From the NCBI GenBank assembly GCA_000708835.1, contig DF237181.1, positions 1-64,000 of the forward strand: DNA of 64,000 nucleotides, read 5' to 3'. This stretch comes from Klebsormidium nitens. Its lineage: Eukaryota > Plantae > Klebsormidiophyceae. The notes below the pieces were generated by a model that saw nothing but the letters and a program-made list of their open reading frames with translations, was not told the origin of the DNA and did no database searches. The translations under genes were made by a program, and so were the position numbers. Below are positions 50,736-63,194 of this stretch, one piece after another; the stretch's first letter is position 1; each line of letters opens with the position of its first letter.

Positions 50736-53515
50736 TTAAGAGAAGAAACAAGTTCCAGGACAGAACAAAAGATTGACAAAGTTGTGAGGAACTGGCGAAA
50801 ATGGGTGCGCAGCCCTCACGTTCTCGTCTCCGCTTTCGACCGTCTCTTGCGGTTCTTTTTGACACAAGTCGCAGAAGAACACCTCCAGCTTCCTCACAGT
50901 GCTCTTGGTTAAATTCACGCACTTTAGGTGGTACCTGCGCAGCAAAAGGACGAAAATGAAGGCAAGGGTAGAACACGAGTATCTGCAGGAGCCCAGCAAA
51001 ATCATAGCCAATTCTGGAAACCTTGTTCTGAATAGCGGAGGCTCCGTGGCATAGTGAGTGGAACCGTTTGAAAAAGGAGGATGGTGAAATTATGCCATTC
51101 TGGCTGCCTGGTGCAGCGTCGTTGTCGGACCAGTGGTGGACATAAGAGACCGAAGGCCCTCGAAAAATCTAAGATCGGCTTCAAGTCACCGAAGGGCCCT
51201 TTCAAACGGACTGCGGCGCGAAGGACCTCGCAGCTCCATTCTCAGGAACGGAGGTGATGCGACACACAAGCATACCGCGGCACTTGGACAAAATTTTTGG
51301 CGAGAAGTAGGCAGGCAGACGGGGTGACAGAACCCGTGGAAGGAGGACGGGGACTCGAATCGAGCTCCCAGTACCCCCTTCAGTCTAGGGCCCCCTGCGC
51401 GCGCGGCAGGTGACGCTTTTGAGTCCGCCGATCGAAGCTCGACCGGACTCCGGGCCCGGACTCGTGGGTGTTCAACCATCGGTACACTAGCATGTAGCGA
51501 AAGCTGCGGAACTACGGCCGGACACAATGTCGTCAACCTTTGCGCGCGCAGGGGGTCCTAGACTGAAGGGGGTACTGGGAGCTCGATTCGAGTCCCCGTT
51601 CTCCTTCCACGCGTTCTGACACCTACGGACAGCGTCCCCTCAGGATGTGGCAGGCTCTTGACCCCGAATGAAGCCTCCAAGATCCTGCTCCTCGGAAAAT
51701 ACTCAAGGCTCAGAGGAAGCTTCCACTATCTGCTCCTTAGAATTTACGTAACGACTTTGAAGCATTCTGCTTGCGAGTCTTGATCCCCCCGACGCAAGTG
51801 ACAGCAGACGATTTCTGCGGTTCCGCGAGCAGCCTCACCAGTCGCGGCACTTCTCGCACTGGACCATGGGGTCGTCCGGGTTGTAGGGCATCTCGCAGAG
51901 ACAGTACCTGCAAATCCCGGTAACACTTGGTCATTCATACAGAATCAGACCGTGTCTTAGCGGTCTGCGCGCGAAGGCTTCCTTGAGTGAACCCCTCATC
52001 TTCGCTGCTCACTTCCCTCATCGACAGAGGCACCACAACGGAAACTTTGTGAGCGGGTTCCATCTCGGGCTGACAACGAGTCTGACGCCACAGAAAGGCA
52101 CCTGCTGAGACCAGATCAAACAGAAGAAGGTTTGAAGAGAAGCAGGGGCGGCACTGCTTGCCGTGTTCCTGCATATAACGAATTCCATGGCTTCGAACTA
52201 CTTTGACCGCCTGCAAAAGAACAACGGAAGAAGTTGAAAAACAGGGAGCCCGCGAAGCTTTGCTCACACTGCTACTTTATCCGGCACGAAGGCCCCTGTC
52301 TGGGCCTTGTACTCGAAGCGGCAGTAGAAGTCGTTTTCCCCGAGGTCCTCCATTTGGATGTACTTCTTGAAGCTGTGCACGCGGCACTTGCCCATGATGG
52401 CCTCCGCCCACACCTCGTCGTAGTGGTCCGACAGAAACAGCTCCGCCTTCCCGTGAAACTGCACAGACAGAGCGAATAATATGGTGCGAGGGGTTAGGAA
52501 AGGTTCGCATGTAGGATGAGACGTGCTTCTTGTACAAGGAGTGATGATGATAGTTTGTAGATAAGTGCGCAGAAACGGCGAAGCCAAGATTGGCAGGTTG
52601 TTTACGAGAGGCGTTTCCTGCTCGCAAAGCAAGCGAGTTCACGCTACGTCCTGGGAGACATTTGATGTACTCAAGGCACTTGGCAGAAGGGGAAAATGTG
52701 CAGAAGAGGTGAAAGGCAGTGACTCAAAACTAGGACTGCTGCACGCCAAGACAGAAACCGTGAAGCCGATTGGAAAAGGCCCACTGCTCTCATGCTAGAA
52801 ACTCACAGCTCGTCGCCCTCCCTTTGCTTCGCTCGGCCTATAATACCACCGCGCCTTGATTTTCTCCTGCTTTTTCCCCTCGCCTGCCACAAATAACTTT
52901 TCTACCTTGCCGATGTATGGCAGCTCTCCCGCGTCGGGACGCATGATCACGCAATCCCCCACTGCATGGAGAAAGAGAAAGAGACTCATTAGAGCTTGCC
53001 CTGAAAGGAGGGTCGTTCGATCCTAAAACGGATTCTCTGTTAGAAGCATCTTAACAATTAGTTTGCCTGCCGCCAAGCCCAAGTTTCAAAGTTAAGCAGT
53101 ATCTTTCAATCAGTAGGAGCAGGTGAGCAGTCAGAGATGCAACACTGATAGTTTGAATGAGTTCAAGTAACGCAAGGCCGCTTTAGAAGAGGCCTGTTCC
53201 TGACTGCGTTTGCTGTGATGAGACCTGCTGTCCGCTACTAACTGAGCGCCAGAAGAGAATCGCAGCTGCGCCAGCGAAGTCTCGAGTCAAATGAGACGAG
53301 GAGTGTCAACCCACTGAATGACTAAAAGAAGGTCAAAGTTGTTAACTTCACCACCTGGGGTTCCAAGCTGCCGTATACCGATGAATCAGGTTACGTTCTG
53401 TGTGCATCATGGGATCCAGCCAGACTTTACCTTTCACAGTTGTGTCCTCCCCCTCCTGCCCGTTGATGTGGTACTCAGGGATGTCCTTGAACTCCTTCTG
53501 CTTCTTGCCCCCCAT
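50736..53515 (-). CDS. EBS: BAH-PHD chromatin reader, EBS/SHL family
   Basis: Exons 53515-53431, 52961-52807, 52458-52268, 51907-51839, 50934 to at least 50820. [31 protein letters not shown] (BAH) and [33 protein letters not shown] (PHD). The 3' end is uncertain: read-through to 50736 or a donor at 50819. EBS versus SHL not resolved. Confidence 0.9.
51323..51623. mobile_element. Foldback/MITE-like element, 82-bp inverted arms, in an EBS-like intron
   Basis: 51323-51404 versus the reverse complement of 51542-51623 shows 4 mismatches in 82 bp, with a 137-bp spacer. No convincing TSD. Confidence 0.85.
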
Positions 53516-54588
53516 GGCCTTCCTATCTAACCGCCTTGGCGGACTGACTTCGGCGTCCCTTTACAGCTGCAAATGTAGGGCACAGCTGAACGCCTCTGAT
53601 TTAGCATGGAGAAGGACACCTGCAATCACATACTTGGATCAATTCTCTGCGGAGTTCCGGGTGGAGACCGACCAACGTAGAGGCTTGGTATCTTGACAAC
53701 CACCAACAGTGGAGGAGGGTTTTGAAACTCATGACACTTTGGTACTTTGCTACTTCTTCCTCCCAAACCAAGATGCTCAGTCCTCAGCGCTCCTTCAGAG
53801 AGCAGCAAAAGACTTAGCATTGGGTGGGAAAGGTGGAAAGAGCAAACAATTGCATCCAGTCTTCCACCTCTCAACAACTTTTAAAAGTGTCCACAAGAAA
53901 GCTTCAAATTGACGAAGGGGACATCTTACCACTGTCTTTCAGAGGGTGAAGTTCCCCTCCCCAGTCACCGCTGCAAGAGGGGAATCAGGCCCCGCTTCAG
54001 TGCAGCTCCCACCGTTGTCTCTGAAGAGGAAGAAGCAATGGAGATTAATTAACAAGAAAAAGAACCGATTGTGCAAGGGTGATGAAACAGCAAGGGCAGA
54101 GAAAGCATCCCGACACTTTGCATCCTCACCACATTCTATGGAACTTCTGAAGATGGTAGCGCTCTTATCAACATGTCATGGTGCAGAAATGTTCCCCTAT
54201 GCTGCAACATCTAACACAGGTTCCCGTGCAATAGGAATGTTGTTCAGAGCAAGCTTGACCCTGAGGTTTGGTTGTGTGCAATTGAATGTGTCCCTTAATG
54301 ATCTCACATAGAAGACAATGCCCCTTCTTGCAGTCCTCAATTTGTCATGACTTCAGAAGAATCATCTCTGCAAGCTGCAATGCCCAGCTCACAGGAAGGA
54401 GAAATCAAACGATCGCAAAACCTCGGTGGACAACCATGGCTGCGTCACGAACTCAATAGAGAAGCTTTTCTGGCCAAAGAGTCTCAAGCGAAGGGCACCT
54501 CCTGCTCTTAGACCCATAGGCCGCAATGCTGCTATGTAGCATTGTAGGTAATCATGGACAACACATTCAACTTGAACAGTGTCTGCAG

Positions 54589-54969
54589 CAATGTTCGTGG
54601 CGAAACTAATTATTTTCGCCAATGTGATTTTCGCCAGATTTTTGCCATTTAGTGTCTGGGAAGGGAATTTCGCCGGCCTGGCGAAAATGGTCAGGCCGTC
54701 AGCCAATTCTAACATGCTCGGGTGCTCCCACCCGCCTTGACGAATGTTAACCCTGCTCAGAACCTCGTACTTTACCTTTGCCTGCACATTTTCAGTTGAC
54801 TCTCCAGAGACAACCAAAAACCTTGGTCGGTACAAGAAAATTTGGTGCCGGGACACTCTACCGGCCGCAACTGCCGCTGGGATTTTCGCCATTAGTGTCA
54901 TTTTCGCCAATTAGTGTCTGGGAGCTCCTATTTAGTGTATTCCCAGATTTATTTTCGCCACGATCACTG
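54589..54969. mobile_element. Non-autonomous hAT element (381 bp) with 8-bp TSD
   Basis: TIRs CAATGTTCGTGGCGAAACTAA and reverse complement CAGTGATCGTGGCGAAAATAA. Perfect TSD GTCTGCAG at 54581-54588 and 54970-54977. Several internal TTTTCGCC subterminal repeats. Confidence 0.9.
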
Positions 54970-56938
54970 GTCTGCAGCAGTGCCACTGCAGGAGCTCAGC
55001 AGCGTGACTCGCACCATTCATGGCCCTGCGTGCATGTACATGATTGTACGGTGAGCTCAGCCTGCCGCCAAATATTCTCATTTCTGCGAACTAGGCCGAA
55101 CTGCAGAAAGTCGGTCTGTGCGTATCGAAGCGAATCAGGATACCATCTAACTAGAGACTAGAAACACGGTGTCTCTACTATCTAGACTCCAACAAACTAT
55201 GTAAGCTCGAGCCGGGTTGGCTCAGCCTAGCTGCAACCTCGAATCTAGACGTACTACTGCCAGTAGCTTGAGTCCCCTTCTTCCGAATCCCTTAGTAAAC
55301 TCAAAAGGCGCAATTGTATCCAGATTGCTTTCGAAGATGAGAAGATAAATCATAATGCTCCTGGGACTTCACTCGTTCAATTGTGTAGCGTATACATATT
55401 GACTGGATTCTCAAGTAGGTACCTTCAAACTGGTAGGACACATGGTACTAATGATAAAAGAAGGGGACCAATAAACATGCTACTGTTACCAGCCTCTATC
55501 ATGACGTATACCTTGAGCTCGATCAATGACGGGATGTATCATCATATCTGCTCAATCCAACAATCGGCGCACAATTTCAATAGAGATCTGAACGTGCACG
55601 TGTACAGGGGGAAATGACAGCCTAGCATCAATCAATGCAATTTTTATGTCCTTTTGAAAATTTGAGTCCAGCCAATAAGGAAATGCAGAGCAGCCCCAGA
55701 TAAGCTTGCCCCTTACCCCCTTCTTATCACTCTACGCTACCAAAAAAATCGGATAAAGTTTCATAGTAACCTTCACAACGTCTAGAGCTACTCGTCATTG
55801 CAGTTTGACACGAAATCGTCTGACCAACGGTCACTCCACTTACGAGTGCATCCATCGTCGATCCTTCTATGGTACACTACAGCCCTTTGGCGGGCAATAG
55901 TAAGCCACCCTTTAGGGCGGCAAACCAGCAGTTACGAGTTTGACACTTGAATCCTTGCAAAGCGCTTATGCTTGGCTACTAACCTCAGCCTCCAAATCGC
56001 GAGTATCCCTTTAGAAAGGATAAGCATTTGGACGCTAGTAGATACGTGCGTGTAGAGATAGTAGAGCCGCCCCTGGTGCTTGCACTAAGCATTGCGATGA
56101 ACGAAACCCAAGCAAAACCTAACCTACTCGGCTATGCCCCAAGGGGAGCGGCGATAAGTCTACCCGCCGAACGTAAACTAGAAGCACTGCTTTCACAGAA
56201 CATACACGAAAAGCTGTTCAGCCCAATCCGAAATTGTCGACCCCCACGGTCGAACCTCCCACACACTCCCACCGACCCCGTAAATATAATACACAGTAGA
56301 CACTGAAAAGGTTAGTCCGCAGTCCTAACTAGGTGGGTGCTCATTGTCGCGCCCCAAAGAATCTCCAACCAAGGATGCTTGCGTCAGCGAATCCTGCTCA
56401 CGGTACAGCCCTCCCATCACGTGCGAGTGCTGCTGCAGGTCGGCCTGCGTGCGCTGCGAGGCCACCATGCTCGCAACGGACTGGTGCGAATGCAGCTGCA
56501 ACGACAGAAAGTCAACCGAATGAGCGGATTGAGCGGAACAGCCGTCAGACAGGATGGCGAACACAAGTTGCCGTGACATCGACAAACATCTCATCACCAA
56601 GTAAGTGGGGAGCGCATGCAAAACGGGAATGGAAAAGAAAGCCCACGACGAGAAGCTGCTGTGTGTTTCAACCGGAACCTTTTCCAAGGGGAGATGAGGG
56701 AAGTTCGACGTTGGGTTCGGAGGTTGCGTGGGTGGATCTGGCGACCAGTTGCGAGCTGTTGGAGGAGTGTGGAAAGCAGACGGCCCAGCCAGGAGCAGGC
56801 AGAAAGCGGAAACGCCTTGAATCTAGCCGGAGACAAGAGCCAAAGTAAAACGTTTTCTTGCACTCCGATAGGAGAGTATCCCCCAGATCCACTTCAAAGC
56901 GACGAATTGGCCACAACAATCCGCCAATTAGACTCGAT

Positions 56939-59900
56939 TCAAAACACAGAATCACAACGTTCAATCACCTGCTCCGTAGCCAGCGCCTCCTGCCGGCCTC
57001 GCTCCGCGTGCATCGCTCCCTCCTCCACGCTCTGCAGCATCGTCAGCTGGTTTCCGACGCTGTTCAACGCCCCCCCCACATCGAGGACCCCCCCCATGCC
57101 CGCCGCAGCGAGCTCACTCAAATGCTGGCGTGACAGGCTCCGCAGCAACTGCTCACCCTCGCGGGGGGAGAGGTTCGCCCGGTTCATATCAAGCTGCCCC
57201 CCACCCATCGACCCCCCCAGAATGGATGAGCCCACCACTTGAGCTGCCATTCCCCCCTGCGGCACACTTCCGAGCCCCGTCAGCCCCGTCTGGGGCGTCA
57301 CCGTCGCAAAAAACTGCCCCGCACTCGGAGTGCCAAACGCCTGGGGGTCCACGAAGCCCTCGGGAAGCACGTTCGGACTCCCCCCCTCGACAAGCACAAC
57401 GCTCGGTGGAGCCAGGACTGGCGCTGTCCCCCCGTGCTGGTGCTGCTCCGTGGCCTGCGCCAGCGCAAGCGCGTGCTGCTGCTTCTGCGCCTCCTGCTCG
57501 ATCAGCTCGTTCAGCTTCTGGGTGCTCCCCCGCGCGGCGGCGCTGATCGCTTCTTGCATCATGTCCGCCTTCTTCCCCTCGTCCGCGGCCCCCCCCTGCG
57601 CAGTCGTGTTCGCGCTTCCTGACGGGAGCGCAGCCAAAAGTGACCGGGGCGACGTGGCAGGCTGCTGGAGCCCCGGAAGCAGTTCGGCCCCCGGAGGAGG
57701 GTGGAGTGCGGCCATCGAGGGCAGGCCCGGGCTCAGCCGCTGCAGTGGGGGCACCGCCGAGAGGCCCATTTGCTGCGACACAGCCTGCAGGTTCAAGAGG
57801 CCCTGTTGCGCCGCCAGCTGCTGCTCCGCCTCCTGCGCATGCGTCAGCATCTCCTGCTGCGTTGCCACCATCTGCTGGGAGGGCGGCGGCAGCCCCACGG
57901 GAACCCCCCCAGGAACGGCCACCTGCGAGGGGGGGGCGTCCAGGCTAATGTGGAGGCTCTGCTGGAGGTCGACTTGGCCCCCCATTTGCAGGCCCTGTTG
58001 TTGGGCCTGTTGCGCAGCCGCCAGCTGGATGCCGGCCTGGTGGATGGCCATTTGGAGGCCTTGTTGCTGGGCTTGTTGAACGGCCATCTGGTGCTGCATG
58101 GACTGCTGGGCCTGCGCCTGCGCCTGAGCTTGCTGGGCTGCTTGCTGGGCCTTCTGCTGCTCGTCGACGTGCATCTAGAAGGAGGAGCATAGCACACATT
58201 CAAAAGCTTGCAATGGTTTGTATCGAGGTATGAAAAGGGACGAACCACGTTGCGCTAGATACAGCAGGTGTCGAAACAGGCATTTGCAACGCTTGATTTT
58301 GAGCAGTGTCATCAACCAAAATATCGTGACTAGGACGCGGAATGCCGGAGTGCGGGTGCAACAATCTGTGTACAAAGCAAATATAGGGGTTAGCTCGTGT
58401 TTGCTTGAAGAACTTGAAGTTTGGGTGACTTGCGAAAAGGTTGGGTTCAGTTGATGGGGTGCAATGAAGAATGGGCGCAAAGATGGAAATGCACAAGCCA
58501 TACTACGCCCCAGAATGCATACCCAGGCGTGCAACACGGTCAATTTCTTCATCTGAAGCAACGCAACTTCAGTTGAAGCACTGGTAAACATACAACTGAG
58601 CCAAGGGTTCTCTCACCTTAGCCCACAGCACATCCTCCTGGTTGGTCTCCACCACCTGTCCGCCCCCGACCAGCATAGGGCTCCCCTCTCCCCCTGGCCG
58701 CTGTGCATCCAAGAGCATCGCCTGATCACCACCGCCGACCTGGGCTGCCGCGACCAAAAGTTGCCCCCCCTGGCTCTGCTGTTCCATCATTCCCATCCCC
58801 GCCACCTCACCCCCATGAAGAGCAACTGCCGACATTTGCACCACTGGCGCCCCCGGGCTGGTCCCCATTAGTGGCGCTCCCGGATGTACGACGGGGGGCT
58901 GCTCCAGCACTGTGTAAGCTCCCCCCTCGGGAGGAGCAACCTGCTCCCTGGGTGAATGATCTGTAGGTAAGGACTCCCCAGGTGCAGGGTTGACTTCGAT
59001 CGTGACCTGGTGGCCCGCATTGGCTGCTGCTACGGCCGCAGCCGCAGCAGCGGCCGACGGGAGCGCTGCCTGCGGATCCCCACCTAGCACGCTGACCAAG
59101 CCACTCCCGCCGTCCCCACCTTGCTGCTCTGGCCGCGGCGACACTGGTAACGGTTGCAGCAGGGGGGAAGCTGCACGTCCGGCAGTCTGAGGGGCAACCA
59201 GCATTGTCTGCTGTCCCTGGCTGAAGGTCTCCGCATATCTCAGGGAGAGCGGTGAGGTTGCCCCCTCTGAGCTCTGGCCCATCTCCCCAAGACCGTTACC
59301 GTTTGCCCCTATCTCAAGCTTGACCCCGCCCACTCTGCCAGGGATCGCGAGCGGCTGCAGGGGCTGGCTCTGGTGGACCGCAGTGGCCGGTGGTCTCGAG
59401 CCCAGCCACAAGTTCAGCGCAGGCGGCAGCGGCGCAGAGGCGGCAGGAGGGGGTGTCCCAAGCGACCTCTGGCCCCACATTGGCCCTGAGAGGGGCAGCA
59501 GTTGAAGCGGCTCGCGGTTCAGCCCCCTGCGAGCGGCCAGATTGATGTCCGCCATTAGCCCCGGCTGTCCGGATCCGGACACCCTAGCAGGAACGCTGAT
59601 GAGCAGGGGGGTGCCGTCATGGCTCTGACCGATGTGCGCCACCGTCGCAGGGGTGGATCGAGCAGTGAAGACGGGAGCTGGAGGGGGGAGCCGGCGCGGG
59701 AGAATCGGGCGGTGGCCAAAGTTGCTGAAGCTGCTGGGGGGGAGCTGGAAGTTGGAGAAGGAGTGGGTGGATGGACCTGAGCCAAAGGCCGAGAGCTGGG
59801 GATGGCCGGGGGGTTGGAGTCTGTCGGAGACATGCTTGCAGCAGGCGCGGTGCGTTGCGAACGTCTCGCGCCTGCAAGGGGGTGCAAGGAAGGCGTCAGC

Positions 59901-62217
59901 TGATAGTTGTTTGACCAAAGCTTTGTACCACAGAGCAACTTCCTGGTTGTGAAGCACTGACTTACCATGGACAATGACTAAAAGAATTGGACTTTTCTGA
60001 CACCGAGAGGATTCGCTGAGGATGCCGAAATCCCACTAGCACTTCTCTGAGTTCCGAACAGCTATTGCTGCCAACTACTGAGGCGTTCGCTCCATCAATA
60101 CCGAACGTACCTGCAAATACGACCATCTGCAACGAGGAGATTGCAGAACATGAACGTGAATGCATAACTCCTAGCAGTTGTGCCAAAGCTTTCCAAGATG
60201 TTCGTTCAAGGCGCTCATCGCGAGAGCAGATTCTGCCCTCACCTTGTGAACACACTCCCACAGTCGCATGTGTACTGCTTCGGCCCGCACGTCTTGGTGT
60301 GCGCCTTCCAGTCTGCCTCCACCGCGTACTTCTTCCCACATTTGTCGCACTTCCACCTCTTTTCCCCATGCTTCCGGCTGTAGTGCTTCTTGATCCCGGT
60401 GAGATCACCCAGCGCACGCCGCGGATCGTGGTGCACGCATGTTGGCTCAGGGCACACGTACACCCGCTTGCCAGATGAGTTGGAGGGGGGACGGGCGCGA
60501 AGCTTCCAAGGGACATTGTGGCCCCTCCGGTGAAGCTGCAGGTTCTGATCGCGCTGGAAGCCCTTGTTGCAGATCTCGCACACAAAGCGGTTGGTGGCGA
60601 GCAGTGTCCTTGGGGAGAGGGCGATCACTTCCGCATTCGGATCTGGACGGAAAAGTGATAAGTAGAAATAAGCGACGAGCTGGTTGGTGAAACTGGTAGC
60701 TTTCCAATGTGAAAAGATGAGGAACACGTGGGGTGGCCAAACATGCTTTGCTTGTTGGAAGCACCGGACCCTGCTTTGATATTGTTGCGGCTTTCGAATT
60801 AAGCACCAAAGAGGATCAGCTGGGAGACGCAGACTGCATGAGAGCCAAGCAGAGGGGTGTGGACACATCCAGTTCAATAACAAAGCACAGATGATCTCTT
60901 TCCCCTTGACCAGCACTTAGTGCCCGCTTAGCATGACAGCTTGCCCAGTGATGGGGGGACACGCATCTTCTGCAGTGTCAATTTGCAAAGAGAATGTAGA
61001 AGACTTTCTGAGGTGAATGATACGCAAGATGGTGGACAGATGCACGTCTGGTTTGTCTCAAAGCAAACACAGCAAGCAATCACGTTGACAGATTAACATG
61101 AAGATAACGCGCTCCTGTACTGAAGCAGACTGCAAGAGAGGTCTGATGCAACAGAAAACATTGTAGGCTTTTGCAAATTATGGCAATCTGCATTGAGGGG
61201 TTGGCTGTTTGTTGCAAGCCAAGCCTTACAAGGAAATGGTGAGCATATAACCCACAGTTGCGCACCCTTACAAAAGCCCCACTTCAAAACTTCTGCCACC
61301 AACTGATTCTGCCACCAACTGAGTCTTTTGCAGCTTCGAAATGTACGTTGAAGCTTTGAACGCACACCCTCGATGTAAGTTAAGAGCAAAGGCCACACAC
61401 CGCTTGTCAGATCCATCTGCATTGGACTCTGCTCTTAGAAGGAGCGCATGTGCCAGTATATCAAGCCGATAATTTTCATGCTTTTCTTCAGGCGCAAGAA
61501 AAACGTATGCAGGACGAGCTGTCAAGAAATGTCTCATGCATAAAGGTTTTACCAAAAGCATTCCTTTCATTCTAGACGAGTTGAACATACGTTTGAACTG
61601 TGTGTTTGTTTGATGCCAAAAGCGCTACGCTGTGTGAACAAAACACGATCTACTGTCTTCAGAATCGCTGCTTTTATGTCTTTAGTTTCAGAGAACAGCT
61701 TACCTGGAGTACCGGGCAAGCTCCGCTTCCTCTTAATCCCCCCTTGGGACGAGCGACTGAAATTTGACCCAGTAGAGATCGATGACGCTATGCTCTTAGC
61801 CCGCATGACACTCGGCTTTCCTGCATTCTTCCCAAGGGTAGGGCCTTGCGCCGATTCTCCGGAGTCCCTTTCACTGTCAGGTGATTGAGGTTCTTGAGGG
61901 AGAGGAGCTCCAGAGTAATATTCCCACTTCGCTCCAAGGGATGGTATTTTGACTGGCGCCAAGCGGGGCAAAGCATCATCCAGCTTTTCGGCTCCGTCCC
62001 CCCGGTTCTGCTTCAGAAGCACATCTGCGTGGACCTCATTCGGTGTGTCAACCTTTTTCAGAGACAACCTGCTCTTCTCTTCCAATGTATGGCCAGGTGC
62101 ATTCAGCTTTTTCCCCCTGCCACCGTCGGATTGACGCCTCTGTGCTTCAGTGTGAGCATTCTCCTTCCGAATATCTGTGAGCCCAGCAGCTGCTTGAGGC
62201 TCATTGGTGGAAAACAT
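56939..62217 (-). CDS. IDD: INDETERMINATE DOMAIN (IDD/BIRD) C2H2 zinc-finger transcription factor, about 1134 aa
   Basis: Exons 62217-61704, 60642-60243, 59871-58617, 58174-56939. KRKRSLPGTP|DPNAEVIALSPRTLLATNRFVCEICNKGFQRDQNLQLHRRGH..VYVCPEPTCVHHDPRRALGDLTGIKKHYSRKHGEK..CDCGSVFTR|RETFATHRACC is the four-finger ID domain, followed by long P/G/Q-rich regions. Start codon uncertain. Confidence 0.92.
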
Positions 62218-63139
62218 AGTCAGAGAAAGCTTGTTTTGAGGAGCGGCGCTGGCGGACTACACATGTGCACATAACTTGGTTTGCTTGGTGATCAGGCTGG
62301 AGTTCTGCAAATGCTTGTGGACCATTCAAACATGAGTTTCAACCACCGCCAAAAACCACGATCGCACATAAGCAAGCATTGCTCGACGCCTGTACCTCAG
62401 GCCAGCGAACAGAACGAGAGCTCCTTCTTCCACGGTCAGTGGCAGCCTGCCAGGCTGGAGTACGGGAATCTTTGGTGGCGATCGCCCGCGCCAGCTCCCA
62501 GCCTTGCGCCCCTACTTCAATGAAGTCTAAGAAAGAAGTGCTTCACCTCATCAGATCATGCTGCTCAAAATTGCCCCTGGCCTGCGAGTCATTCAATTTC
62601 GAGCATTTTGTAAATTTGATGCGAATCAGCTGAATCCTGATGCTCAGTCTGCACTGCTCAGTGCTGTGTCAGTGTCTCTTGTCAGTGTAACGTTGTTCAG
62701 TGCACTGCGCCCGGTCTCCTGAGCCCCGGCCCCCACCGGGTATAGTCCTGTACCCCGACTCCCTTGGCATTTTCCGAGCAGCTCAAGTGTGCTCGGTCCG
62801 GCACCCAGGGCCGTGATTGAATCTACAGAGCGGCGTACACCGTACGAACTGGATCTCTGAAAGATGCAGAGTGTCCCACCGATCGCCTTGGCCGGCCTGA
62901 CCCTGAGGCCTGGGCTCGATGGTGTCAGGAATGCCGGTAGCAAGTAACCTCATGTGTGGCCGGTAGAACCAACTGCCCAGCTTCAGTGCTCGGTTGGAAC
63001 GTACGTATGTTTTCCTTTGGCCGGGCGTCATGCTGGACGTCAGTTGATGACTCAGTTGAGTGCGCCGCATGCACATTGCACGTACCAATTGCAACTTCCA
63101 AGTCCACAGGCTGAAGCCTGACGAGTCACGACCGTCACA

Positions 63140-63194
63140 ATGTCAATGCGGTTTGGTCGGTCGCGAAATGAAACCATGTCAATGCGGTTTGGTC
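63140..63194 (+). repeat. 19-bp direct repeat ATGTCAATGCGGTTTGGTC x2 (period 36) upstream of IDD
   Basis: Identical copies at 63140-63158 and 63176-63194. Confidence 0.85.

Noticed and set aside
51551-51605. tRNA-like GATTCGAGTCCCC T-loop motif
   Set aside because: No cloverleaf, A-box or anticodon arm. It is part of the foldback arm.
56616-58192. Long plus-strand ORFs overlapping the IDD last exon (similar shadows occur over the cupin, MATE, MCU and RNFT exons)
   Set aside because: Antisense or alternative-frame shadows of GC-rich coding exons, with no domain signal.
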